In this document: one piece after another, positions 1 to 11,436 of the stretch
How the letters are laid out: every line of letters starts with the position of its first letter
How positions within the stretch are numbered: position 1 is the first letter of the stretch
From: Octopus sinensis
Lineage: Eukaryota
Length of the DNA stretch: 13,324 nucleotides
Assembly (NCBI RefSeq): GCF_006345805.1
Contig: NW_021826529.1
Span: forward strand, 1 to 13,324
Direction of reading: 5' to 3'
Program-made: the position numbers and the translations under genes
Notes under the pieces: model-generated
Told to the model about the DNA's origin: nothing
The model's input: only the letters and a program-made list of their open reading frames with translations
The model's database searches: none

Positions 1-160
1 CTTAGTCCCGTAAATTAGCGGTTCGGCCAAAAGACCGATTGAATAAGTACTAAGCTTAAAAAGAAAGTCCTGGGGGTCGATTTGATTCGACTAAAGACGG
101 TGCTCCAGCATGGTCGCAGTCAAATGACTGAATCAAGTAAAAGAATAAAAAGAGAAAGAA
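1..160 (+). mobile_element. 3' part of SINE family A (cut by window edge, diverged)
   Basis: Aligns by eye to 3007-3160 (TAGCGGTTCGGC...AATAAGTACT...GGGGTCGA...GGTGCTCCAGCATGG...CAAATGACTGAA) and ends in an AAAAG-rich tail. Confidence 0.85.
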
Positions 161-172
161 AAGAAAGAAAGA

Positions 173-173
<1 letters not shown>

Positions 174-215
<42 letters not shown>

Positions 216-300
216 GATATGCACATATACATGAACTGACCAGAGAAAACACTCACACACACACACGTACTCACATATACACACGCATACACACACAAAT
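174..300. repeat. (CA)n / (TA)n compound microsatellite
   Basis: Pure (AC)n at about 175-208, degenerate CA repeats to about 300. Confidence 0.9.
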
Positions 301-870
301 TCGCTCATATAAATGCCTTTACATGCTTACATGTGTATGCAAAGATACACAAACCCACGCTCAGACATACTCGCTCGCATTCATATACACACATAGAATC
401 TTTTATTCAGAATTTTCATATTTTCTCGCCATGATAATCACAAGAGACATTAAATATTGTTGAAAATAATCGGATAATCATTAGAGAAACTCGAAATGTT
501 ATAAACCTAAATAAAATCCATTCCTGGATTAAGATTATAAACGTCGTTAACATTTAATGGCGTCTCTCGTTAACATCGTCTGTTTAACCCCAGGTCGCTC
601 ATGACATGTTCTCACCCAGCTATAGAAACTTTGAAACTAACTTTATGCCCTCCTCTTCTATTATGATACGAAGTTCACATTTTCTTTTGTCCTTTCTGAT
701 AAATGTATCTGTCAAAACTAACCAGAAGTTTTTCAAGTACAAAGCTCTTGAGATAAAAATTGCGAAAGTGTGGCAACACAATACTAGAAGAAAAGCCGTG
801 ATTGTAGGTGTCCTAACAGTAATAGCAAAATGGGAGATTATAACCTATATCAAAATTGGTGGCTGCTCAT

Positions 871-960
871 ATCCTCGGCGGAACTTGAACTCAGAAAGTA
901 AAGACGGACGATATACCTCTAAGAATTTTGTCTGGCGTGCTAATTTCCAGCTCAGTGTCT
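871..960 (-). mobile_element. Degenerate 5' fragment of SINE family B
   Basis: CCTCGGCGGAACTTGAACTCAGAA...GGCGTGCTAA...CCAGCTCA matches the head of the copies at 1012-1221 and 8403-8634. Confidence 0.7.
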
Positions 961-1011
961 GGAAAAGGAAAAAAAAAAAAAAAGAAGAGAAATTATAAGA
1001 ATAATTGTCTT

Positions 1012-1221
1012 TCCTATCATAGACACAATGCCTGAAACTATGTGGGAAGGAGAAATTCGTTTACATCGATTCCAGCGTTTCACTGGTATTTAATTTTCGA
1101 CACCGAAATAACGAAAGGCTATGCCGACCTCGGCGGAATTTCAACCCAGAACGCGAAGACAGACGAAATACCGCAAAGAATTTTGCCCGGCGTGCTAACG
1201 ATTCTGCCAGCTCACCGCCTT
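1012..1221 (-). mobile_element. tRNA-derived SINE family B (Meta-like central domain), tail variant 1
   Basis: Minus strand starts AAGGCGGTGAGCTGGCAG with a B-box-like GGTTGAAATTCC. Central part is homologous to 8403-8634, but the 3' tail differs. Confidence 0.8.
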
Positions 1222-1225
1222 AATC

Positions 1226-1430
<205 letters not shown>

Positions 1431-1431
<1 letters not shown>

Positions 1432-1984
1432 TGCCCTGATGCAGTACCAGGCAGTGGCTCTCATGGCTTTGATCTTAACTGATTGGAAGTGTTATCATGT
1501 ACATTGTTTTGTCTGGGTATAAAAGATGGGCTACAGCAAATATTCTGCTCAATACCACAGATTTGCTTGTCAGTTGTTTGACCTTAACCAGTTGAGCATG
1601 TCCCTTAGTGGCTGACGATATGTGCATCTCTGATCACGAGCAGGAGTAGTGGGGGAGCATCATAGCCATGTGTTGAGAGGGATTCTTTGGGGTTTGAATA
1701 ATTCACCTCTGGAAACATGGGTGGGTTCTTTCAACATCCTTAAACAACCTTATTCAGGGACCTTTTGAGCGGGATGGGCTACTCAACCTGAAGAAAATTC
1801 TAACTGGGCACCACCTGCAAGGTCTGTGCTGTTTATCTTGATATGAGATCACCATGTCGCGCACATATGGTTGTGATGCATGTGCCTGGTGTACCCTTAT
1901 CAGACGGGCAGTCATGATGGGTATATTGGGCTTCGTATATTTTACCCCAGTGTCCCTTTGATGGCATGAACTGCTCTCTCACTC
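1431..1984. mobile_element. ~555-bp interspersed repeat, copy 1, embedded in (AAT)n
   Basis: Co-linear with 2091-2649 end to end (CCCTGATGCAGTAC...CTGCTCTCTCACTC), with many substitutions and small indels. No TIR, ORF or clear Pol III boxes seen. Confidence 0.75.
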
Positions 1985-2003
1985 AATAATAATAATAATA
2001 ATG

Positions 2004-2054
<51 letters not shown>

Positions 2055-2090
2055 TAATGATGATAATAATAATAATAATAATAATGATAA
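1985..2090. repeat. (AAT)n microsatellite
   Basis: Seen directly. Confidence 0.97.
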
Positions 2091-2649
2091 TTTCCCTGAT
2101 GCAGTACGAGACAGTGGCTCTCATGGTTTCTTATCTTAACTGATTGGAAGTGCTATCATGTACATTGTTTGGTCATGGTTTAAAAGATGAGCTACGGCAA
2201 ATATTCTGCTCAATACCACAGATTAGCTTGTCAGTTATTTGACCTGAACCAGTTGAGCATGTCCCTTGGTGGCTGACGATATGTGTATCTCTGATCACGA
2301 GCAGGAGTCGTGGTGAAGAGCATTATAGCCATGTGTTGAGAGGAATTCTTTGGGGGTTTGAATAATTCAGCTGTGGAAACCTGTGTTTCGTCCACCTTCA
2401 TTAAACAACCCTTATTCAGGGACCTTTTGAGTAGGATGGGTTTACTCAACCTGATGAAAATTCTAACTGGGCCCCATCTGCAAGGTCATGCGCTGATTAT
2501 CTTGACGTGAGATCACCATGTCGTGCACATATGGTTGTGATGCATGTGCCTGGCATACCCTTATCAGACGGGTAGTTATGGTGGATATACTGGGCTTCGT
2601 ATATTTGTACTCCAATGTCGCTTTGATGGCATGCACTGCTCTCTCACTC
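2091..2649. mobile_element. ~555-bp interspersed repeat, copy 2, embedded in (AAT)n
   Basis: Diverged paralogue of 1431-1984 in the same orientation, with the same boundaries against AAT repeats. Confidence 0.75.
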
Positions 2650-2684
<35 letters not shown>

Positions 2685-2742
2685 TAATAATAGTAATAAT
2701 AGTAATAGTAATAATAATGATAATAATAATAATAATAGTAGT
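2650..2742. repeat. (AAT)n/(AGT)n microsatellite
   Basis: Seen directly. Confidence 0.95.
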
Positions 2743-3162
2743 AGGCGCAGGAGTGGCTGTGTGGTAAGTAGCTTGCTAACCAACCACATGGTTCCGGGTT
2801 CAATCCCACTGCGTGGCATCTTGGGCAAGTGTCTTCTGCTATAGCCCCGGGCCGACCAATGCCTTGTGAGTGGATTTGGTAGACGGAAACTCAAAGAAGC
2901 TTGTCGTATATATGTATGTATATATATATATATGTATGTGTGTGTGTTTGTGTGTCTGTGTTTGTTCCCCTAGCATTGCTTGACAACCGATGCTGGTGTG
3001 TTTACGTCCCCGTCAACTAGCGGTTCGGCAAAAAGAGACCGATAAAATAAGTACTGGGCTTACAAAAAGAATAAGTCCCGGGGTCGAGTTGCTCGACTAA
3101 AAGGCGGTGCTCCAGCATGGCCACAGTCAAATGACTGAAACAAATAAAGGAGTAAAGGAGTA
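2743..3162 (+). mobile_element. Full-length tRNA-derived SINE family A (CORE-SINE-like)
   Basis: A box TGGCTGTGTGG (2754-2764) and B box GGTTCAATCCC (2797-2807). GTGGCATCTTGGGCAAGTGTCTT (2813-2835) resembles the CORE domain motif GTGACCTTGGGCAAGTCACTT. Internal (TA)n(TG)n linker and a short repeated tail (AAAGGAGT)2. Several more copies in the window. Confidence 0.9.
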
Positions 3163-3665
3163 TGATTACCATCCCGTGCGTCATACCAATCGTATATATA
3201 CTGTTAGAAAGTATGATCGGTAGAGCTTTCTGAAATAAGATATCTTTACAGACGAAATAATCTTTATTGCTGCACGCGAGGGACAAACTCGTTTCGCCTT
3301 TCTTGAGGCTCGCAATGTTTTGCACCCGGTTATCATTCGTTTGAATAAAATTTGTGCCAGACCGAGTTTTTTTAAAAGTTCTCTAAGCTTCCGCAATATC
3401 AGAAGAGAGCGTAATATGTAGTTTCTTATACATCGAGGCATGTTCTTCTTGCTCCGATGTACATTTTTCTTATAACACAATATACGTCCATGAAGAGACT
3501 TTATATCAGAAAATTTCACAGCACCAAAGCCTTCTAACGGACTAAATTACAATTTAATTTAATTTTGTTTTTCCCGTTGCGTACACCGAGATTTTCTACA
3601 GTTCGGCCTAACTCCTGCAATATCAGTGAGTCTATTATTCACTGTTTCTTATATATATATACATA

Positions 3666-4073
3666 TCTCTTTTTTCTCTTTTTCTCTTTTACTTGTTTCA
3701 GTCATTTGACTGCGGCCATGCTGGAGCACCGCCTTTAGTCGAGCAATTCGACCCTAGGACTTATTCTTTGTAAGCCCAGTACTTATTCTATCGGTCTCTT
3801 TTGCCGAACCGCTAAGTAACGGGGACGTAAACACACCAGCCCCCCCATCGATGTTGGGGGGGGACAAACACAGACACACAAACACATACACACATATATA
3901 TATATACATATATACGACAGGCTTCTTTCAGTTTCCGTCTACCAAATCCACTCACAAGGCATTGGTCGGGCCGGGGCTATAGTAGAAGACACTTGCCCAA
4001 GATGCCACGCAGTAGGATTGAACCCAGAACCATGTGGCTGGTTAGCAAGCTACTTACCACACAGCCACTCCTG
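3666..4073 (-). mobile_element. SINE family A, near full length, inserted in a (TA)n tract
   Basis: Reverse complement is co-linear with 2743-3162; (TA)n on both sides. Confidence 0.9.
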
Positions 4074-4169
4074 ATATATATATGTTATTCGAATTGGTTA
4101 TGGGCATGAAACGATCGTAGTGTCTTTTTTCTCTTTATCTTATTAAACTTTTAATACCTTTTGATAGTT

Positions 4170-4410
4170 TATAAATAAATAAATAAATAAATAAATATAA
4201 AAATTTTTTAAAAATATATAAAAAATAAAAAAATATAAAATAAAAAATAAATAATATAAATAAAAAAATAAATAAATAATTAAATAAAATAATAATAAAT
4301 ATATATATATATATTTATAATTTATAAGTTTAAATTATTAATTTAAATAATTTTTAAAAATTTTAACTTTAATTTAAATATTTTAATTTGATTTTTGATT
4401 TTGATTTTGA
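4170..4410. repeat. AT-only low-complexity tract ((TAAA)n, A/T runs)
   Basis: Almost no G or C over about 240 bp. Confidence 0.9.
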
Positions 4411-4420
4411 TTTTTCCAGT

Positions 4421-4481
4421 TTCAGCTTATGAGCTGTGGCCATGCTGGTGCACCGCCATTTGCTGGGGCACCGCCATTTGT
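4421..4481 (-). mobile_element. 3'-terminal fragment of SINE family A with an internal GCACCGCCATTTG duplication
   Basis: GTTTCAG...GGCCATGCTGG(T)GCACCGCC matches 3696-3734; the 13-mer occurs twice. Confidence 0.6.
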
Positions 4482-4843
4482 GTTTTTATATTTTATATTT
4501 TATATTTTTTATATATTTTTTTAATTAATTTATTTCTATGTATTGGCTTAAGATTTTCACTGTTTGATTTGCCTAATAGTGGTTTTATCTCTAATTTAAT
4601 ATAATATAATATATATATATATATTGGCGCACGAATTTCATTTTAGCAGTTGAGAATAGGGTACATGGCATTGAAACTTTACGGAAAGTGAGATGTGTCA
4701 GTCGTTTTCGTGTGTCATTGTAGAAACGACCTCAGTCTCCAATATATATTGTGTATTCAATACAAATGAATAAAGAGAGATTATCTCAGACAATGCAACA
4801 GCATCATGCCTTCTAACCGCGAGTATACGTTTAGTATTATATT

Positions 4844-5235
4844 TAGTGGAGGCGCAATGGCCCAGTGGTTAGGGCAGCGGACTCGCGGTCATAGGATCGC
4901 GGTTTCGATTCCCAGATCGGGCGTTGTGAATGTTTATTGAGCGAAAAAACACCTAAAGCTCCACGAGGCTCCGGAAGAGGATGGTGGTGATCTTTTCTGT
5001 ACTCTTTCACCACAACTTTCTCTCACTCTTACTTCCTGCTTCTGTTGTACCTGTATTTCAAAGGGCCGGCCTTGTCACTCTCTGTGTCACGCTGAATATC
5101 CCCGAGAACTATGTTAAGGGTACACGTGTCTGTGGAGTGCTCAGCCACTTACACGTTAATTTCACGAGCAGGCTGTTCCGTTGATTCGGATCAACCGGAA
5201 CCCTCGTCATCGTAACCGACGGAGTGCTTCCGTCC
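4844..5235 (+). mobile_element. Full-length tRNA-derived SINE family C with 11-bp TSD
   Basis: A box TGGCCCAGTGG (4858-4868), B-box-like GTTTCGATTCC (about 4902-4912). Direct repeats AGTATTATATT at 4833-4843 and 5236-5246. Head and central part shared with 8894-9449. Confidence 0.9.
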
Positions 5236-5364
5236 AGTATTATATTCAGGTGATGATTTTAATTTAATACTGTTCCAGTTGCATACAGCAAACAATAATA
5301 ATTGCTTTTATTTGTCATAACGGCATCTGATGAATAGCTTGTCATACGTTTATGACAAGAGTTT

Positions 5365-6088
5365 TTGTCTAAGAAATCGACACCAGGACTTTTTCTTTGT
5401 AAGCCTAGTACTTCCATCGGTCACTTTGGCCAAAGCGCTAGGTTACGGGGTCATACTGGTTGTCAGGCGATGGCGTGGCGGGGGGGGGGGGGCAGAGAAA
5501 CAAAAACATATCTCTTTTACTCTTTTACTCTTTTATTTGTTTCAGTCATTTGACTGCGGTCATGCTGGAGCACCGCCTTTAGTCGAGCAACTCGACCCCG
5601 GGACTTATTCTTTGTAAGCCCAGTACTTATTCTATCGGTCTCTTTTGCCGAACCGCTAGGTGACGGGGACATAAACACACCAGCATCGGTTGTCAAGCAA
5701 TGCTAGAGGGACAAACACAGACACACAAACATACACGCACACACATATATATATATATACATATATACGACGGGCTTCTTTCAGTTTCCGTCTACCAAAT
5801 CCACTCACAAGGCTTTGGTCGACCCGAGGCTATAGTAGAAGACACTTGCCCAAGGTGCCACGCAGTGGGACTGAACCCGGAACCATGTGGTTGGTAAGCA
5901 AGCTACTTACCACACGGCCACACCTGCGCCTATATATATATATAACGAGCATCTTCCACTTTCCATCTACCAAATCCACTTTGGTCGGCCCGAGGCTACA
6001 GTTGAAGACTCCTGCCCAAGGTGCCACATATTGGGACTGAACTCGGAGCCATGTGGTTGGGAAACAAGCTTCTTACAACACAGCCACA
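5365..6088 (-). mobile_element. Older, diverged SINE family A copy split in two (about 5365-5508 and 5932-6088) by a younger copy
   Basis: 5365-5505 matches the 3' module; 5945-6088 matches the head and CORE module. The two halves are in register around the insert. Confidence 0.7.
5510..5931 (-). mobile_element. Full-length SINE family A (younger, nested)
   Basis: Co-linear with 2743-3162. Ends ...CACCTGCGCCT (5' end on minus strand) and has a (TCTTTTAC)n tail. Confidence 0.9.
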
Positions 6089-6270
6089 CACACACACACA
6101 CACGTATGTATGTAGGTATTATCTATTTATCTATCTATCTAACTATCTGTTGTCTATCTAGCTATCTACCAACCTACTTTCTTCCTACCTATCTAACAGC
6201 CTGTCCATATACACGCACGCACACACACACACACACACACACACTCGTGCGCACATGCACACATGCACAT
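6085..6270. repeat. (CA)n, (TATG)n, (TATC)n and (CCTA)-like compound microsatellite
   Basis: Seen directly. Confidence 0.8.
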
Positions 6271-6740
6271 CCCTACCATACACCATCGTCACCATTACAA
6301 ACTATTAAAAACGAAACCTAACAAACAACCGAATTCTTCTCATTAAAATTGTGACAGCGTAAAATTTTACGATTCTTCTTTTAGAAGACTTAGTGTTTGT
6401 CCTTAATTATTCCACATTGCATGCATTTATTCCTTCTACATAGAAGATTCTTCACCAAATACCACAGTAATATGATTGAAAGATATTTCTTCGTCCAAAC
6501 GACGTTACAAACCCGTTTTACTAACATTTGCAAAGTTTTTATATTCTTAAAGTTGCTATTAGCTTATTTTATTTTTAGTTATCTCCCTTGATTATTATTT
6601 CTTCTTTTAGATTTTAAATACGATTAAAGACATTTTCATTCCTTATTTTTTTACAATCTATATGATATCTGTTCATCAAAAGATTCTCTATTCCTATATT
6701 TTTGTGAGAATCTATAAATTTTATCGTATCTATATACTAA

Positions 6741-7215
6741 ACTACTTACCTACCTACCTACCTACCTACCTACCTACCTACCTACCTACCTACCTACCTA
6801 CCTACCTACCTACCTACCTACCTATCTACCTATCTACCTACCTACCTACCTACCCACCTACTTACCTACCTATCTACCTACTTGCCTGCCTGCCTGTCTG
6901 CCTGCCAACCTATCAACCAACCTACCTACCTACCTACCTACCTCCCCACCTACCTACCTACCTACCTACCTACCTACCTACCTACCTACCTACCTACCTA
7001 ACTACCTACCTACCCACCTACCTACTTACCTACCTACCTACCTACTTGCCTGCCTGCCTGTCTACCTGCCAACCTATCAACCAGCCTACCTACCTACCTA
7101 TCTACCTACCTACCTACCTACCTAACTCCCTCCCTCCCTTCCCACCTAACTACCTACCTACATACATACATACATACATACATGCATACATACCTAAAAA
7201 TTTACCTATCTACCT
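6741..7215. repeat. Long (CCTA)n tetranucleotide tract with (CCTG)n and (TACA)n segments
   Basis: Seen directly; it produces the LPTY-repeat ORF at 6662-7237. Confidence 0.97.
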
Positions 7216-7284
7216 ACCTAACTTCAAATCTACATAACAGTCTATTTTTCATTATCCATCAATCTATCAATTAGCATGCACATC

Positions 7285-7495
<211 letters not shown>

Positions 7496-7527
7496 CTGTC
7501 TGTCAATCAATGTCTATGTGTCATGTA

Positions 7528-7907
7528 CACTACCGTCAGAAATTAATTAGCACCCTTGATTTGCTCTTCACTCAAGGTATGTGCTGTCACCTAGTGGCCA
7601 TATCTCGAACTATTGCTTTGTTGCGAGTTCACTGTTGCGCAGAACGATGGCGTAACTTTGTTTGCAGAGCAGTTTGAGAGTCTACAGCCTTATGATGTTG
7701 ACATAGCAGTGCAACAACAACTTGGAGTGCGGATGCAGACAAATCTTCCTTTGTTTAATAGATATATGTAGCGCCTCGCAAGGACCGAAATCACACCATA
7801 CTAAGTTTTCTCATCGCGTAAGACGTTTCGAACAGCTCATAGGTTTATTGATTTAACCTATTTAATGTAGAAATTTGAGAAGTGCTAATTAATTTCTGAC
7901 GCAAGTG
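7528..7907. mobile_element. Non-autonomous Tc1/mariner-type DNA transposon (MITE), 380 bp
   Basis: 26-bp TIRs CACTACCGTCAGAAATTAATTAGCAC (7528-7553) and GTGCTAATTAATTTCTGACGCAAGTG (7882-7907), 2 mismatches. TA on both sides (7526-7527, 7908-7909). No transposase ORF. Confidence 0.85.
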
Positions 7908-7985
7908 TACATACATACATACATACATACATACATACATACATACATACATACAAACACACATGCATACATGCATACATATATA
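7908..7985. repeat. (TACA)n microsatellite
   Basis: Seen directly. Confidence 0.95.
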
Positions 7986-8402
7986 TGAAGTTGAGGTTGA
8001 TTAAAATTTGTTTGTGATATATTACAACTTCTAAAAGGCAAATTCATTGCAATTACCGTGGATAAAAGATTCTCTCTTATGGGGAAAAGGTCTAAAAAAC
8101 ACCATATCTGAACAGTGCTGCCCCCTGTCGGATTTCCAGATGTATTTCTAGTTCTTTAGCCGTTATTAATGAGAAATACTGAAGGGATGTGACTCTGGAC
8201 AGACTTAAAGCCGAAGTTTTAAGTAAAACACATCTTTGATCATGAGGCTAGCATTGATACGTACAGACATACCCAAATAGGAGAAAGCTGATTTGATGAC
8301 GAAAGATCCAAACCATCACTGGAACTGCAAAAATCTGTAAAACATTCCAGAAGTTTACCATATAGGTGAATATGTGCAAGTCTAGACATACGACTATATG
8401 CA

Positions 8403-8634
8403 TATTTCTTTACTACCCACAAGGGGCTAAACACAGAGGAGACAAACAAGGACAGACATAGGTATTAAGTCGATTACATCGATCCCAGTGCGTAACTGGT
8501 ACTTAAATTATCGACCCCGAAAGGATGAAAGGCAAAGTCGACCCCGGCAGAATTTGAACTCACAACATAACGGCAGACGAAATACCGCTAAGCATTTCGC
8601 CCGGCGTGCTAACGTTTCTGCCAGCTCACCGCCT
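8403..8634 (-). mobile_element. Full-length SINE family B (Meta-like central domain), tail variant 2, with TSD
   Basis: Minus strand: AAGGCGGTGAGCTGGCAG...GAGTTCAAATTC (B box)...GTCGACTTTGCCTTTCATCCTTTCGGGGTCGAT, recalling the Meta/Sauria-type central motif. TATATGCA direct repeat at 8395-8402 and 8635-8642. Confidence 0.88.
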
Positions 8635-8893
8635 TATATGCATGACTATATATGCATGACTTACGACTATATGCATGAGAATACTTACATAAAAGAAAAC
8701 ATACAAATCTGCGCTTCTTCGAATACTGCACACATACACGCATACATGCAAAAATTCTCATTGAAGGAGCCTTGGATCTAGGTTAGAAATCGACTCTTTA
8801 TTGGCGAGAAATCTTGAAATTAAACTGAATAATCACACACACACATACGCATACACACACATACACACATACACACAAATGTATATACATTTA

Positions 8894-9449
8894 TATTACC
8901 GTGATCACCGTGACTGACCAGGCTATCAGATGTTGCTACACATCGCTGGTCACAACGCGCTTGGCATTGTTTTAGCCTTCAAATGACGCCACCCCGCTGG
9001 CTAAGCGAGCAGGCCAACAGAAGAAAGAGAGAAAGTTGTGGCGAAAGAGTAACAGCAGGGATCGCCACCACCCCCTATCGAAACCTCGTGGAGCTTTAGG
9101 TGTTTTCGCTCAATAAACACTCACAACGCCCGATCAGGGAATCAAAACCGCGATCCTACAACCTATTTCTTTATTACCCACAAGGGGCTAAACATAGAAG
9201 GGACAAACATGGACAGACATAGGTATTAAGTCGATTATATCGACCCCAGTGCGTAACTAGTACTTAATTTATCGACCCCGAAAGGATGAAAGGCAAAGTC
9301 GACCTCGGCGGAATTTGAACTCACAACGTAACGGCAGCCGAAATACCGCTAAGCATTTCGCCCGACGTGCTAACGATTCTGCCAGCTCGCCGCCGCGACC
9401 CTACAACCGCGAGTCCGCTGTCCTAACCACTGGGCCATTGTGCCTCCAC
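8894..9449 (-). mobile_element. SINE family C variant (same head and centre as 4844-5235, different tail), interrupted by a family B copy
   Basis: The reverse complement of 9395-9449 plus 9030-9163 matches 4846-5030; 8894-9025 is a different tail. Confidence 0.85.
9164..9393 (-). mobile_element. SINE family B nested in family C, with 16-bp TSD
   Basis: Near-identical to 8403-8634. Flanked by CCGCGATCCTACAACC (9148-9163) and CCGCGACCCTACAACC (9392-9407), 1 mismatch. Confidence 0.9.
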
Positions 9450-9824
9450 ACATTTATATACTATACGATAGAACCTCGCAATACGAGCGCACGCATTGTA
9501 CGAATAATTTGCTGCACAAGCCGAGACTTGTGCGAATCTTTGTCTTGAAGTACGAGCGAATATCTGCAGTACGAACACACAAATCGTCCCATCTTTAAGG
9601 TAATTCAGTTAATAAAACCATTTTACATATCTTTTTTGCATTCTCTTTTTTATAATTGTCATTTTACTTGTAACTGCACCTTTTCTGCTTTAAAACCCAT
9701 GAAAAATAATTTTTATTGGTTTTTGGTGAGCTGGAACGGATTAATTATATTTTAGTTAATTTCAATGGGGACACTTTGTCCTTTTTATATTTTCTCTCTC
9801 TGCTGATTTCTGTGTTCCTTTCTG

Positions 9825-9849
9825 TTGAAGAGCGTAGGCTCGAAACGTA
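9825..9849 (+). ncRNA. Degenerate minimal hammerhead-like motif
   Basis: TTGAAGAG-CGTAGGCT-CGAAACGTA: core with C3 replaced by U, loopless self-complementary ACGU stem III, weak stems I and II. Confidence 0.3.
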
Positions 9850-10242
9850 AAATACTTGCTGATTTCCCGAGCATTCGTTGTTTACACAGCCGTCTTCCTC
9901 TTTTGTTTTTTTTTTGTGTAAATTCCAACTATATATATATATTTATATATGTGTATGTATAATGAAGGGTGAAATTAATTAATTTGGAATAATTATCAAT
10001 TACACCAAGTAGTCTTCGGCATGTAAAAGCCTCATTCGAGGGAAATTTAAGTAATACTAAGCAATAAGGGTTTAGCAACGAATTGCCTTACCACATACCG
10101 AATTTAGAAATAGCAGTCAAAGGGTTATAGCTATTTCTTCTACTAACAAGGGAGATCTCAGTAAAAACAGCAATTGGAAGGCTGACACAAACAGGTAAGA
10201 GAGAATGAATTAACTGCAATCTATCAAACATTTTTAAAGTTA

Positions 10243-10349
10243 TCCACGGACGTACGTTTCGAAATCAAGTTTTCAGGAAAGCATAAGAATCAAATATTAA
10301 ATATTAAATAATTCTATCTTACCGAAACTTCTTTTCTCTTCAGCGTAGA
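10243..10349 (-). ncRNA. Type I hammerhead ribozyme, copy 1
   Basis: Minus strand: UCUACG-CUGAAGA-G[stem II]C-GAAAC-GUAC-GUC^CGUGGA. Predicted cleavage after the C complementary to G10249. Confidence 0.8.
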
Positions 10350-10840
10350 ATACTATAATCATAAATGATTATATATTGAATTTTGAGATACTAGGAGGCA
10401 CCAACTCAACTCAGTATCAGAGCGAGCTAGAATCCGCAACTAGTATCACCGAATTCAAATTTGTGAATGAAACGATTGTGTCAACAGCCCCTTCCCACCC
10501 GCGTGTAGCCAAAACAAGATGCTGTGGTCATCTACTGAGATAAAATATGGTTATCCGTAATAATGAAGGGTGAAATTAATTAATTTGGAATAATTATCAA
10601 TTACACCAAGTAGTCTTCGGCATGTAAAAGCCTCATTCGAGGAAATTTAAGTAATACTAAGCAATAAGGTTTAGCAACGAATTGCCTTACCACATACCGA
10701 ATTTAGAAATAGCAGTCAAAGGGTTATAGCTATTTCTTCTACTAAAAAGGGAGATCTCAGTAAAAACAGCAATTGGAAGCTGACACAAACAGGTAAGAGA
10801 GAATGAATTAACTGCAATCTATCAAACATTTTTAAAGTTA

Positions 10841-10946
10841 TCCACGGACGTACGTTTCGAAATCAAGTTTTCAGGAAGCATAAGAATCAAATATTAAATA
10901 TTAAATAATTCTATCTTACCGAAACTTCTTTTCTCTTCAGCGTAGA
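10841..10946 (-). ncRNA. Type I hammerhead ribozyme, copy 2
   Basis: Same motif; one base missing in the distal stem II region. Confidence 0.8.
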
Positions 10947-11436
10947 ATACTATAATCATAATGATTATATATTGAATTTTGAGATACTAGGAGGCACCAA
11001 CTCAACTCAGTATCAGAGCGAGCTAGAATCCGCAACTAGTATCACGAATTCAAATTTGTGAATGAAACGATTGTGTCAACAGCCCCTTCCCACCCGCGTG
11101 TAGCCAAAACAAGATGCTGTGGTCATCTACTGAGATAAAATATGGTTATCCGTAATAATGAAGGGTGAAATTAATAATTTGGAATAATTATCAATTACAC
11201 CAAGTAGTCTTCGGCATGTAAAAGCCTCATTCGAGGGAAATTTAAGTAATACTAAGCAATAAGGGTTTAGCAACGAATTGCCTTACCACATACCGAATTT
11301 AGAAATAGCAGTCAAAGGGTTATAGCTATTTCTTCTACTAAAAAGGGAGATCTCAGTAAAAACAGCAATTGGAAGGTGACACAAACAGGTAAGAGAGAAT
11401 GAATTAACTGCAATCTATCAAACATTTTTAAAGTTA

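Noticed and set aside
1787-2460. CTGAAGA and CTGATGA at matching positions of the two 555-bp units (also CTGACGA)
   Set aside because: No correctly placed GAAA, stem III or flanking helices in any hammerhead permutation I could find.
3181-3560. Minus-strand 112-aa ORF in non-repetitive-looking sequence
   Set aside because: No recognisable domain; alternative frames contain stops. It could be an exon or a decayed element, but I cannot support that without tBLASTx or RNA-seq.
4846-4920. tRNA gene calls at SINE heads (also 2743-2810)
   Set aside because: A and B boxes are present, but there is no full cloverleaf and the sequence continues into SINE bodies.
5330-6321. Cluster of overlapping ORFs, similar to those at 2463-2894, 8488-8781 and 9315-9548
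   Set aside because: They recur because they read through SINE copies; frames are not preserved between copies.
6662-7237. 191-aa ORF with LPTY repeats
   Set aside because: Translation of (CCTA)n; no coding signal.
7822-7843. Minus-strand CCTATGAGCTGTTCGAAACGTC inside the MITE, hammerhead-like
   Set aside because: The core lacks G5 (CUAUGA, not CUGAUGA) and there is no convincing stem I or II; may be chance.
8000-8400. Possible decayed coding remnant
   Set aside because: Multiple stops in the frames I read and no RT, endonuclease or transposase motif recognised.
9470-9590. TAGAACCTCGCAATACGAG... resembling a pogo/Tigger-type terminus
   Set aside because: No matching second TIR found in the window.
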